DNA of 62,805 nt, filler included, from Klebsormidium nitens (GCA_000708835.1; 4 parts of 4 records of this genome joined end to end with filler, not necessarily neighbours in it), one strand, 5' to 3'. Counted from the first letter of the whole stretch, positions 12,813-24,935 are shown. Notes: a model not told the origin generated them from the sequence alone. Translations and numbers: made by a program.

Positions 12813-12824
12813 GGGTCCATAACC
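12813..12824 (-). promoter_or_regulatory. Primer-binding site GGTTATGGACCC (copia-type, cleaved initiator tRNA-Met priming)
   Basis: Adjacent to the LTR end; one mismatch to the canonical GGTTATGGGCCC PBS of copia/Osser-type elements. Confidence 0.7.
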
Positions 12825-13305
12825 TCTTGAAACTCATGATAGGGAGTCGTAGTGTGGTTGAGTTACTCGTCATCGGGTCTTATCGTGTTGCCCGGCACCC
12901 ATGCTTATCACTCATTTGATGGCAGCCATGCATCTTAAGAGGAACACACGAAGCGCCTCACAAGCGGCTTCCTTCTTTCCACAAACTTCTCTCAGAATGA
13001 TGTATCGCAATATTGGTTTCCACCACTATAAATCTACGGGTCTCTCTTGTTCCACTAGGCTCACTAGCGTACTAGGCTCCCTAGCCTAAGTCACATAGCT
13101 CACAGTCAAAGTCAAACTTCGTCTTCGATGTCATCATCTACAGCTTACACTGACGGCCGCTCTCAACCCCCTAACCTTCAAACCGCCTCACGGTTCAACC
13201 ATCCAACCGCCGTATACGCACGCCGACACTGACTACTTCAAAGCCTAACTCGGGCCGAACCCTAATCACAGTAATTCGGTTGATTATAATCACCGAATTC
13301 TAACA
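12825..13305 (-). repeat. 5' LTR of the minus-strand Copia element
   Basis: On the minus strand it starts TGTTAGAATT and ends TCAAGA, immediately followed by a PBS. Confidence 0.75.
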
Positions 13306-13945
13306 GGAATCACAGCCGGAGAGCGGGTCTACCTCGTGGTGTGGGTGGACCACATCCTCGTGGCGCCCGTGGAGTGGAGCGGATTGCGAAGGTAAAGGCG
13401 CACTTGGCGAAGAAGTGCGCAAACTGGGGGAGGCGACGCACTTCATCAGGATGGAGCTGACGCGCGATAGGTAGGCGCCCACTATGAAGTTGACGCAAAA
13501 GAAGCTGACGGGGGAGCTAGTCGGACGTTGCGGACTGGCGGACGTGCCGGACTGGCGGACGTGCGGGCGCATAGCATTCCTTTTGGAACGGGGGAAAAGT
13601 TGACGAAAGAGGGTGAGCCCCTCGACACGAAGCGGTTTACATACAGAAAGTGTGGGAAGCCTGTTGTACCTGAGTGTGTGCACGAGGCCCGACATCGCTC
13701 AGGCGGTGGGGGCGCTTGCGGGCTATATGGTGGGGCCGACATAGGCACTCTGGCGAGCGGCGCTTGGGGTCGTGCGCAACCTCTCGGGAATGGCAGAAAA
13801 CGGGGTGACCACGGAGGGAGCGAGGAGACTCTCGTCGGTTACAGTGACGCGGATTAACACAAAAGACGTGGACACGAGGAGGTCCACAACGGGGCTACGT
13901 CTCCTGATGTACGGGGGGGCAGGCAGCTGGTCGAGACAAATGACT
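13306..13945 (+). pseudogene. Copia reverse transcriptase C-half and RNase H N-terminus
   Basis: VYLVVWVDHILV (YVDD-type motif, ~13323-13360), KLTKEGEPLD, LVGYSDAD, DTRRSTTG…GGAGSW. Confidence 0.85.
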
Positions 13946-13949
13946 GCGC

Positions 13950-14173
13950 GTTTCCTATCTCACTCGTGCACATCTTGAATTTCCCCGGTGCCAGCGCCTT
14001 GGTCATGATGTCCGCCTTCATGTCGTCCGTTCTTCTGTATGCGAACGCGCCCTCTTTGCGTGCCACGCGCTCCCATGGAGTGATGAATCATGTCAATGTG
14101 CTTCGACCGCTGCGACCGATCGGATGCTTCAGGAGCCGAATTGCCCCTTGGTTGCCGCAGTAGATCTGGATTG
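13950..14173 (-). pseudogene. Copia RNase H C-terminus, inverted relative to the adjacent RT fragment
   Basis: IQIYCGNQGAIRLLKHPI…KHID…RERVARKE…YRRTDDMKADIMTKALAPGKF. Confidence 0.85.
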
Positions 14174-14273
14174 NNNNNNNNNNNNNNNNNNNNNNNNNNN
14201 NNNNNNNNNNNNNNNNNTTAATTAATTAANNNNNNNNNNNNNNNNNNNNNNNNNNNNNNNNNNNNNNNNNNNN
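14174..14273. other. Assembly gap with a TTAATTAATTAA six-frame stop linker
   Basis: N44-TTAATTAATTAA-N44; the same structure recurs at 24304-24403 and 43810-43909. Confidence 0.97.
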
Positions 14274-14446
14274 TCGTTACAGGAAGTCTCAGTCAGCAAA
14301 GGATTAAAAGCTCGGCTGTCAAGGGCACATCGTAACAAAGGCTTAAAAAGTTGTGTTTCGTGAAGGCCACCGTCAAAGCAGACGCCCACTTTTGACTCTT
14401 TTGATAGTTTTATAAGTTGCAATAAAAGATGCCGTCCTCACCAGTG

Positions 14447-16606
14447 TCAAGCCCATACGCGTGTTTCCGCTAGCAGAACGCACTTGTTCACCTCCCCCAT
14501 ATTCCCACCCGTCACCGCGAAGACTTCGTTCCAGCGCGCGGCAATCTCTTCCTTCCGCGCTAATGGGGCTGAAGACCTCGGGAGTAGATACGTGATGAGG
14601 TACTGCCGCGTCTCGTCTTCGCCCAGATTGTCAACCGTGACAACCGTGTGCGCCTCCCGCCTCAGCCCGACTGCAAGGGAAGAGAGTGACAATGATGAAC
14701 CTCAATTCCACTTCCAACCCTAGTTGTTTCGGTATCCATCAGCACGCCCATCATATAGGCCCCGGCGAATTCGAACACCCATATCAGACCAGGTTTGTAG
14801 GGCAGCCCGTGAAAGCGGTTTGAGCATTATTAAATGCTTGTCATCATTACTTAGCGTGATACCTCTCTTGAGCAAAGCAAGACTGCCTTGTCTAGTACAC
14901 GCACGCGCATTGGCATCCAAGGAAACAAGAGAAACGAGCCAGTTGTTGCTAAGTGGGCAGCCCACTAACGAAAGCTAACATCAGCTGACAACGCTGTTGG
15001 CTGCAGAGAGACGTCTGATTTGTTGGTTGAAGAAAGACGTCTGATTGTTGGCTGAAGAGAAGATTTCTGATTCGCAGACCAAATGCAAGGTCAAGGTCTG
15101 GTCCCTGATTGACAGCCCGACGACAAGAAAGGTCTCACTGCGAACTGTCAACCCAGCTTTAGAGAGCTTTGGCTCCTCATCGACAGCCCCACTGATGACA
15201 GAGCTCTGGTGCTGATTGAAAGCTCAACTGACGAGAGGTGGCTGGTCGCTTACTGCCAGCACTAGTTGAGGAAAAGGTCTGGTTTTCAGCCGAACGGATA
15301 GACTTAGAAGATAGGCTCTTGCCTTGCTAAATGACAAGGGCTTACTTCAGAGGGCCCGTCATCCAATAGAGTGTCTTCTACTCCAAGAGGTGGAAAAGCT
15401 TGACATATTGTTCTTCCTTAGCTTGCTCAAGGCTATCCAGCACAGCTTGGTAGACCCGGATGTTAGTTTTGGCAATTTGATAAGCAATCCTCCAGGCAAG
15501 GAGAGGCAGGACTTACAGTCAGCCAGCCAATAGAAGACGAAGGTATCAGATGACGAGAATATGATGTTGATTTTGCCCTCCTGCTTCGACATTGCCACAC
15601 AGAAGGCGATGAACTGCCGCAGAGCGTCCTCCCTGTTCTTGGCCCACACTTGCAGCATGTTAATCTCGTCGACGACCAGCGACGGACGGCTGAAGGAGGG
15701 CGGGAGATGCGCAGCAAAGGCTTCAAGGTCCGAGAACAAGCGACTCAGACCCTCCTCCTTGCGGCTCATGTCAACGCTAACCTGCACACGATTTCGTCGA
15801 GTATGAGTACCATGGCACCTCTTTGATACGTATGATTGTGGAAGCAGGTTTAGAGCAGATACTACAGCTCTCTCAGAAGCAAGAAACCTGGTCTATCATA
15901 GCTGACACGTCAAGAGTTATAGAAACATGGAACTTGACAGACCGATACTACCTTCTGCTTTGCCCAACTAAAGGTCATCAAACACGCGGCACACGTGCCA
16001 GATTTTCTTGTACACTTATGAGAATGCATACTCCATTCACCTAAAGAAAAGTAGCATTGAACAGAAGGAACTTACCCAGGGCAGGTTCGGGGTCAGTCTG
16101 CCCAACCAGCGGCGGACTTGCCAGTACCACCCTCCAAGCTGGGACCGGGCTGCATTGGCGAAAGCTTCAGGAGTGCTCACGTCGATGCGCCTGCAATCGA
16201 CGAGGATCATAGGGGCAACATTCTTTCCCATCGCCCTGGCAAGCTCATTCTCCTGCTTCAGTCGCTTCAAAATTGTCGACTTCCCAGTGCTTGGAGGGCC
16301 CACAGCCACGACGAAAGATGCCCCATTCTGCCTCCCGAGCAGCGAATTGAATGCGTCGACCGTATCCTCCCTATCAAACATCGGGTCAATTGGCTCAAAA
16401 GCAAACGAGTACTCCTCTGGCGCCCTCGAAGCCGGAGGATATAGAGCATCGCCAACTCGGGGCTGAGCGGTAGGGATTGGTGCCTTAAAATCCTCATCTT
16501 CCGGAGACCCGCTGCTGCATCTCCAGACCCGTCTGCTAAGTGGTACAGGCACGCACAATGGCCTCAGCGCAGGCCTCGGCGCAGGCATCAAGAAGGTCGG
16601 GCGCAA
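14447..16606 (-). CDS. Spliced P-loop ATPase of the archaeal-ATPase/AAA_16/STAND-like class, with a possible organellar transit peptide
   Basis: Exons ~16606-16076, 15781-15517 and 14670-~14460 with GT/AG sites. MFDREDTVDAFNSLL; Walker A VVAVGPPSTGKS; ILVDCR; Walker B SLVVDEIN; IIFSSSD; VTGGNMGEV. Start codon and 3' end are uncertain. Confidence 0.75.
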
Positions 16607-17379
16607 ACGAACGCTAACTGGACAAGACGACCCCTAGAATGGATGCAGGTGCGCCCTGCACCGCAAAGCAGCCATGGCACCACTCCGGAACCGCAACAAT
16701 GCTACTCGTTTTCCTATCCAGCATCGACTTCCTAATCTCCTGTCATATGTCTGGCAGGCCGCCTTCTTTGCAGATCGACGCAAGCTCTTGTCAGTCTTGA
16801 TCTATGCCAATGGCAATCAATGAACCATGCATGAGCAGTTAACCATATGGCATTATCAGCATCTGAGAAGCGACAAGATGTAACACTGCTTGTAACAGTC
16901 TCTCTAATTCTCTGCTCAATCTTAAACTAGGTATAATATCATGTGATTTCTTGAAGTGTTAAACTCAGGCGCCGCAATTTGCACTGCGTCCATACAGGCG
17001 CAGGTACCAGTCTACGCTGTACAGTCTCTCCTTGGCCCTGGAAGGCATGATTTCATTGCCATTGCCATTGGAGGTATCCTCTTCGTCTTCGAAAAACCAA
17101 TGGTGGTGGTGCCAAAAGCAAAACCTTCCTACATGTGAATTTCGTGAATGGGGGCCAATGTCATGAGTGCTCCGTGCTGCCACCAAGCGAAGTATGTCTT
17201 AAATATGAAGCCCATCAGGCTCAAGCACTGGAGTCGAAGCTTCACACAGTCTTGTTAAGAATGGTATGGTCACAGCGATAGTAAAGGTGGTGGCACAATA
17301 CCGCCGCTCCAACTATAGCTGGAGGCACCCACTAAGATGACCACTCGCTCACCCAGCCAGCATTAAGCGCTCAAGCACC

Positions 17380-20300
17380 ATGGCGCTTCCGACACCTGCT
17401 CAGTTTCTTGTCCCCTTGCCTGGGGAAGTAGCTCTTCTCAGCTCAAGGAAAGGGCGCTGTCTGCGATGTCTGCTCTGTGCATCTACTTCGCGCTCGTCAG
17501 TCTTGGGCCCAAACAGCTACCGCGAGAAGCGCGCGTGCTTCTTGGATGATACAGAGCATGCGCTTCCAATGGGCGCGCCAATCTCAGTGAAGTTGGCTGA
17601 GGAAGCGGTAATTCGTGCATGGTTGGCGAGGAAACATGTTTTGGCCTCCAGAAACCAGCTTACGGGCTGCACAAACTCCCAGTCACTAAGATCAGAACTG
17701 GGTTCGATTGCACAATTAAGTGGAGTTCAGACATATTTACCCGATCACTTTATTAGTACTTGGTCCTTTGCAACGGCAGCAGCGAAAGTAATAGTGACCC
17801 GACGTTTGAAGATTTTCTGAGCGTGTATAAGAGTAAAAAAGATGCTGATGGAGAGGAGGAGGCGCTGCGTGAGAGCATGGCCGCGATCAAGCAGAATTTG
17901 TGCCGGCACGGTTTTTGAGGGGGCCAAGCTTGGACCAGGGGCAGTCAACAAGGTTCACACTTTCAGGTGAGGCCCGAGGCATCCTCCAAGGTTTTCAACC
18001 AGTGAACGGGCAGTACAACAGGCGGAAAGATCACGAGAAAACGCAGAGTCAGTGTTCACCGGACCCTAGTGATACAAAACAAAGACGCGCACTATTCTAT
18101 ACTGAGTGGAGTCAAAGCAATCCTGAGGGGACTCAGTTGTCTCTTGTTCAAGACTTACGGAAGGGAGTTTTCTTGCAAGCAGATTGCTGCTCAGATAGCT
18201 GACCACCCTAGAGATCAAAATCTGCAGTACGGTCAGTGAGAGCAACTTCCCAATCAATCCAACCGCAAGTTCCGTGAGCCAGAGTGTGGCGGTTCATGAG
18301 ACGATCTGCTGGACTTTTCTGTACAACCGCTGCGATCGGCATCTCCAACAGATATCATTCTAAACTTATAGGCTGCAAGACGCCTGACTTTTCACAATCA
18401 CTCACATTTCACCACCATTCTCCCCATCAGCGAGGAAGACACGCGGACGCGCTTGGCGAAGGGGTTGCCGATAGCCTGGAAAAGGAGTTTGCTCAACAAA
18501 AGGAGAAGCGGATACTCGTTCGGCGGCAGGGTCTCGACCTGTTTGAGAAGGTCAAACAGCGGGTTGAGGATCGGAGTGAGTGCTTAGCGGACGACGATCT
18601 CTGCGTCTGTAGCAGAGGTGGTGGTCCCCCTTGCCTCAGAAAGCAATGGATGACTTTCCAATTGTGTATGGTATCCTGTTTGGATGATTGTTCTAAACAC
18701 ATTGTATGTAGGTCCCCAACGCTTAGCGTAGGCCTAAAGTTTAGTAGAGGTCCCCCGGCCATATCAAACCCCTTCGCGCCGTTTCATAACCTGGATGAGA
18801 CCTCGCCAATGCTTTAACAACTCCAAAATTCAAGCACAAATCAGCAATCTACTAAAGGAAGCTCCTCTCCCCTCAGAAGAACTGAGACCGAGTTCTCACG
18901 ATCTCACAAAAGCAGCACCGCTGGAGACGGCTCTGCCCATGGCATTCAGGAAGTTTGAAGCAGTGTACTGTCTAAAGCAAAGTTCCTCTGCTGGCTCTAA
19001 CGAACAGACCTACTCTTTCTCGCCAGAATGTACGTACACCAGCTCTCCGCTCTTCGCATATACTATTATAGTGATATTTACAGTCTATCCGCATCTCCCC
19101 CCTGCAGAGGCTTACCAGTACCGTGCACTCGTTCTGAAGGGCCCCAAGGGCAGCGGCAAGTCGTCCTTGCTCGCACTGCTGGTGCACCAGTGCCGCGCCG
19201 CCGGCTGGTTAGCGCTCTACGTTCCTTCCGGAACGTCGTGGATTTCGGGGTGGTTCTACGGCAAGGACGAGAAGTCGGTCTTCTTTGACACGCCGGTGCA
19301 GGCGGAAAAGGCGCTCCAGGTGAGCTTTTCGGGGCGTTTCTTCCGTCCTTACAAAGCTTTCTTTGAAGGTCTGCGTGGGAAAGCGAGAAGCCTTTCTCGT
19401 TTTGAGTCAACCCGCCCCGTGTTATGCTGGGCAAAAGTTTCGAGGTTGTCTGGGTAGATTTCGCAGAATTTTCTGGAGACTGTACCCTTCCTTACGAACT
19501 ACGTTGTTTTACCGACACTGTGGGACAAAGACTCTTTTTGTCTCCAGCACGTGGCCCCTCTTCGTGCTGAGCAGTTTGCTTCTAGACCTCTGAAACGGTC
19601 CAAGTCCTGCTTCATTCATCAGTTTTGACGAAGCGTCAGTTGCTCAACTCTAGTCGCACTTGCCTTCTCGACCTCTGAAACGGTCTGAGTTGTGGCCCTG
19701 TCATCCCTTTTGACGAAGCGTTGGTTGCTCAGCTCTAATGGCTTCGGCCGTAGACCCGTCTTTCAATGTCTTCGATTTCGACTTGCGCCGCTTTTGTTCT
19801 TCACGAGAGGACCTGTGTCATGATGTAAGCGTTCCCGTCATCAGTCCTTCAAAAACGGAAATGATTCGCTCATGACCTGACTTTGAAGAATGTAGTTTGA
19901 TTGTACGCTCTTACTAGCTGTCCTTGTAATCAGCGCCGCTAACGCACATTGTTTCCAATGTCGCAGGCCCTGTTGGCTGCGCATGGCAAACTCCTGGAGT
20001 CGCTTCCGATCCGGGTCCCGCTGAGCGCAATCGGCTTGGTGTTTGGCGGGACCTCAACCGTAGACCTGGACACGGAAGAGCTGGCCACGGGCACACCTGA
20101 GGAGGGCAGTCTCAAGGTGAGATTGGCCCGTTGCCATAAAACGATCAGGTTTAAATAACATTTCAGCACGAAAAAGTTCGGGCTGCTTTTAAGTGAGCTC
20201 CTGAAGCAGAAAGTCTCGCAGATCTTGAAAGTCTAAAATGGGACGAAAGTTTTTCAAGATGCGGTTTCGGGTCCAGGTGTAAATTCGGGATGGTTGTGCC

Positions 20301-20646
20301 AATCGGGCAAGGGGTTCTGATACCTGCAGCCTACGCAAGGTCCAAGCGGCAGACTCTTCTTCTTTACTTCGTAGTATTCTCCGAGCCTTTGAGACTTGAT
20401 TCGGAAATGAACACTCTGCCATGCATCGACCTGAAAGTTTGCGTACAGTGTTTCAAGTGTACCAGGATTGTCGTGCTGACGTCACCACTGTCTCTAATGC
20501 TGACATCATCTCCCTTCTCCCGCTACCAGAGCCTCGTCGAGAAGGGGCTGGAGAACCAGGGGGAGCGCGCGGGCGAGATGCTCGTGCGGTTGCGGATCGA
20601 GCTGACAAGTGTCACCGAGGTGCCGGTTCTCATTGCGATTGATGAG
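17380..20646 (+). CDS. DAP3: Mitochondrial ribosomal protein S29/DAP3 (spliced; 3' exons not located)
   Basis: Exons ~17890-17966, 18431-18570 (EKEFAQQKEKRILVRRQGLDL), 19108-19320 (LVLKGPKGSGKSSLLALLVHQCRAAGWLALYVPSG…DTPVQA), 19967-20116, ~20529-20646 (VRLRIELTSVTEVPVLIAIDE). The 5' start is tentative. Confidence 0.85.
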
Positions 20647-23600
20647 GTGAGCTCGCTTTTTCTACGCCCTTCAAAGTTTTCTTCGTTACCAGCAGATGTT
20701 TGGCAAGGGTTTTGTGCACTCAACCTTGAGTCTACTTGCTGGCTTGAGAACCTCGGCAGTGGATGATCCTGCACAAGGTTGACCCACAGGGAAAGTGTAT
20801 CAACCGGCTTGTGCGAATTATGGGCCGTAGAAATCCCAGAAAGCTTGATGCTGAGGAATACATTTGAGAGCCTGTGGATCGTTCCAGGAGTGCACGACAT
20901 TCCACTGCGTTCAGAAATGGTCCCTCAAAGTGCACGATTGCTTCGACACGGTGTTGACTTGACCACTGCAAATTACAATCAAGTGGGCAAGGGAGTCTTG
21001 GTACTTATAGGCGCACCGCCGAAATGCGCTTCGGTTGTGTCTTTTATGTCTGGGGCTGCTTACTCTTTTGACGGATTTCTCTTGAGTTAGGCTGGCTTGA
21101 GGTTGGAACGCAAGCATTCACAAGCCACGTGGTTGACCAGGTTGGGCTTTGTATGTTCAACGTCAGGTTTCAAGTTGAAAAGCTGTTTCGCAGACAGCGG
21201 CGGCAAGGACGTATCTGAGCGTGGATTTCCAGCCACCAATGTTTTGCGCTCTCTGATGCCATGCGAGTGATCATCCTCCCGAGGTTTGGTTTCCGCCTGT
21301 GTTTTTCTGTGTGCGTTACTCTTGAAAGGCTTCCAGTGTTTTTGCGTTTTGAAGGCTTGCAAACTGCTTTCCAATACTTCTGCGTCAGACTCGGGAAGTG
21401 CGTCAGGGTCACTATGTAATAAGTCCTTCCGTCTTTCCAGCTTATGATAGACATGAAGCGTGGGCCGTTCTGCTTAGAAATCGTCTCAAGGCTAAGGGGA
21501 CTTCGGTCGTTTTTTTTGGAACCGGTCTGGAAAATTTGTCGCAAGAAGGAAGAGTATGTTTGCTTGGTGGCCTGCTCTGCACGTGGGAGAATCGTTGCCG
21601 GCCAAAACCCACATTCTGCTGCCTGGTTCCTGGAGTCTATGAAATTTTTGTGGGATTTTCTGGTGCTGCGGAGGCATCTGAATAAACCTCACATCGCTAT
21701 AAGTATGTTCCAATACATATGTGACTTGGCTGCTCGTGTTCAGTAAGAGTCAAGTTCGCATCGTGTAAGTTTCACTTCAGATCGGAGATTTGCTTGCGCA
21801 GATAGACTTCTAGGGATTGTAAAACCCCCAGCTCCAAATTGCAGTGGTCAGGAGTTTCAGAAATTGGCCTTTCCGGTCATCTGCAGTCCCGATGCCATGC
21901 TTACAAGGAATCTATCAACCTTGCCGTTCGTGGTCGAGGATCAGTCGCGGATATTGTAGCAGCACTCCTTCTCCCGATTCTGGTATGTTGTTGGGTCTTT
22001 CAGATTCTGGCTGGCCTTATATCGTAAGGGTCGAACACCCATGTCTGAAGTCTTTGGAAACGCTTGAGAGCTTAAGCGCAGCTCTCAATCTGCTTCGTTT
22101 GTAAACGAAGCAAACTCTTGCGAATGCTTGCGAACTCGAATCATCAGAGTTTGCAAGCTTCTTTCCAAAGCTCGTCGCAAAGAGCGAGTACCACTTTCAA
22201 CAAGAAAAGCGTCGGATTGCGGCGCTTCTTTTCTGGATCAATGTTTTGCAGCGCTTGCGTTGCATTATAGTCTCTGATTAGTTGGGGAACACGGCTGAGC
22301 GGAGGTGGTTCAGATTGACATGGTCGTTTCCAGTCACACCATATATTCCTCCCAATCGATGCGGATGTTCTTTGTGCATCCCTGGCACAAATGCCATCGC
22401 ACATGGCGAGGACGAGTTGGAGCCTTCGCCTCTCTCTCATGGGAGACGGTTTCTGAGCGTTTTCCCTCTCTGACGCCCCCGGAGCTCAAAAAGTCCAAGG
22501 GTGGCTGTTTGTATTGGCTTTTAAAGTATGTCAAGTGGCGTCGTTCAGATGGATTGTGCCACGTCAGCAAGCAGCTTGTGAGGCGGTGTGCAGGCGCTCC
22601 AGAGTAAACCGTCCTGTCCATCTCCTTTTTTCAGAATATCGGAAGGTTCTCAACTCCTCTTGCCTCCTCGCCGTTTCTCCCTCAGTCGCACTGTTGGTGA
22701 TTGGAGCTTGGATGGATCTCTCGCCTTCTCTCCTTCAGTCGTACTGTTGATGATTTGATATTGGATGTGTCCTGACTCCGGTTGAGTTGCTTTAATTAAT
22801 TAGATGTTTGGTGACAGTGCAGTGCACAGACCCCAAAGAACTTCGGGAGACTCCCATTGCAAACTTAGATAGAGCACGGCGAGTTCTTTTGCCTAACGAC
22901 CACCGAGGGCGCATGGTCACTATAAGCGAACTTACGCACGGAGCCCTTCCGTGTGGTTGCCTTGAGCAAGCTCAATCCGTAGTTAGGGTGTACGCCTTTT
23001 GGAGACATGTAGGCGGTGGCGGGGTTTTAGTGTGTGGCGAAGTGAAGGCCATGATTTTGGGCGAGGTAGGACCTTGCCTCAGTAACACTAAGGCAAACGA
23101 GTAGAGGCCCCTGAAGCCACTCATACACGATTCTCGCATGCGCAAGCGGCACTCAAACCGAAGGGATGAGGGTCAGCTAGCGGGTTTGGCGTTGCTTTTG
23201 TGCCTTATTCTGCTGGAAATGCTATGGCTTCTGAATCTCTTCTTGTAAGTCGGCAGTTTCTGAGTTTCTTGAGATCCAGGGGAAGCTGCTAGTGTGGATG
23301 TCTATCTTCAAAATCGCTACCTGTGAAGAAGACTCATTATCTTAACACGCTTCCCATAACCGGCCAGGAAGACGTGCCGGTCGTTGCGAGGTGTGTAGTC
23401 TAAGTTTGTTCTTTAGAGGCTCGTTAATCCTACCGGCGGATTTGTCGTGAAAAGCTTGGTTACGCACAGGAACGTTGTTGAGATGCTAAAGATCACAGAA
23501 GGGCAATGATGCATTGTAGCGTGATCTTTCTGGCCACGCAAATTTTCAACGTCCGCTGAAGTCGAGGAGGACGGCAGGTTTGTCCAGACGACACGTGGAT

Positions 23601-24303
23601 CAATAGACGCCACACTAGTGTTTCCAGAGTGCATCACTGGCCCGAAACGCACGTCTTTTTTAATGACGTGCATCTGTCTGCTGACCCCTCGGGCTGTGAT
23701 TTATTTGAGGATTATATAGAGAACCCTCTAAGCTTGGGGGCGCCTGATCATCAATCTTCAAGCGTTTCCACCTGTTCCTGTGCTAAGCTGCGGCTTGGCC
23801 AGAGTTCTTGCATTTAGAACGTTGCTCACGCTCGAGTGTTAGCAATATTCTGCAAAGTTAGCAATATCCTGCAAAATTCATTCCCGGGCCGGCTAGAACG
23901 GAAGGCCGTAAAGAAAGTTAAGATAAAAACCTCAAAATACTTTATGGTACTTCGAGAAGAGCAACGTAGAGACAGCCTTGGTGGTCGTTGGGGAGATTGT
24001 TTTGAGAGATGGCCCGCAATGTGCCCTGAAGCAGGGCTGTGTAGAAAGCGCTTTCTGAGAGTCCTTCTCAATTGCCTCAAGTGGTCGCTTCTAAAGCCGC
24101 TGTTGGATCGCAAAGAACTTGAGACTGCGCGTCTTCATGTTGCTAGCTAGCGTAGCTGCTACTGGAAAGTGTGAAAGGATACACACTCAAGGAATGACTC
24201 GCTTGAAATGTCTGTTATTCTGGGATCAACGTAAGGTGGAAGGGCGGTTTACTCAGGCACGTCAACTTGTTATGCGGAACTAAGAAAACTCTCATCGGAT
24301 AAA

Positions 24304-24403
24304 NNNNNNNNNNNNNNNNNNNNNNNNNNNNNNNNNNNNNNNNNNNNTTAATTAATTAANNNNNNNNNNNNNNNNNNNNNNNNNNNNNNNNNNNNNNNNN
24401 NNN
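24304..24403. other. Assembly gap with TTAATTAATTAA linker
   Basis: N-run, linker, N-run. Confidence 0.97.
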
Positions 24404-24404
24404 A

Positions 24405-24935
24405 ATGGAAGTTCCAAGAAAGGGAACGGCTTGGGGTCGAAATCGTAAGTCTCGCTCCTGACAATTTGCACAGGCTCTCTATACATGAAGAATCTCAAGC
24501 AGTGCAGATTGACAAAGCCCCACCATCGATTACAACACTCCCCCCAGAAAAGTGCACGGATTGGAGTCGATCTGAGCCGCAAGTTGTCTCGCCCCTGACA
24601 ATTTGCACAGGCTTTCTATACATGAAGACTTTTCAAGCAATGCATTTTGACAAGCCCCCGCGGCCGCCACACTAGTCCACTAGGTACTCTCCATTAAGCG
24701 CGCGGCTTGGAGTCAAAATTGTCACGTCTTGCCCAGGCGCTGTCAAATTGCACAGGCTGCTCTATGCATCGGAACTTTTTCACCTATAGCAGATTGACAA
24801 GCCTCACCATCGACGACAACCTCTTCAAAAAAGTGCAAGCCTTGGGGCCAAGCCTGGCTGGCCCGTGACAATCTGCACAATCTATCCTATACATTAAGAG
24901 AATTCAACCTATGCAGATTGACTGGCCTCTCTCTC
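24405..24935 (-). repeat. Four diverged ~140-150 bp tandem units, possibly a decayed leucine-rich-repeat coding region
   Basis: The core ctgacaatttgcacaggct…tatacatgaaga…gcagattgacaa recurs at ~24460, 24597, 24745 and 24867. The minus strand reads GFVNLHCLRFFMY / GLVKMHCLKSLHV. Confidence 0.6.

Larger units (their letters stand above)
10590..13305 (-). mobile_element. Ty1/copia element, internal deletion derivative (5' LTR, PBS, gag, protease; no integrase core, RT or RNase H; PPT; truncated 3' LTR)
   Basis: gag MAGDRVSIPQLCGENWSTWKAKF…AWKKLEDDFEKRSNARMIQLRRKLTSL; protease WIVDSGSTQHVT (ORF 11650-11964); PPT-like gagtggaag (10708-10716); LTR segment 10590-10707 resembles 13190-13305. Confidence 0.88.

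Noticed and set aside
14218-14229. TTAATTAATTAA palindrome flanked by N-runs (also ~24348 and ~43854)
   Set aside because: Artificial six-frame stop linker inserted at scaffold gaps; not biological.
19575-19740. ~90-bp tandem duplication in a DAP3 intron
   Set aside because: Real but purely intronic, with no splice site or coding content; unremarkable.
21087-23110. Possible LINE or other TE coding remnants
   Set aside because: No diagnostic RT or endonuclease motif could be read.
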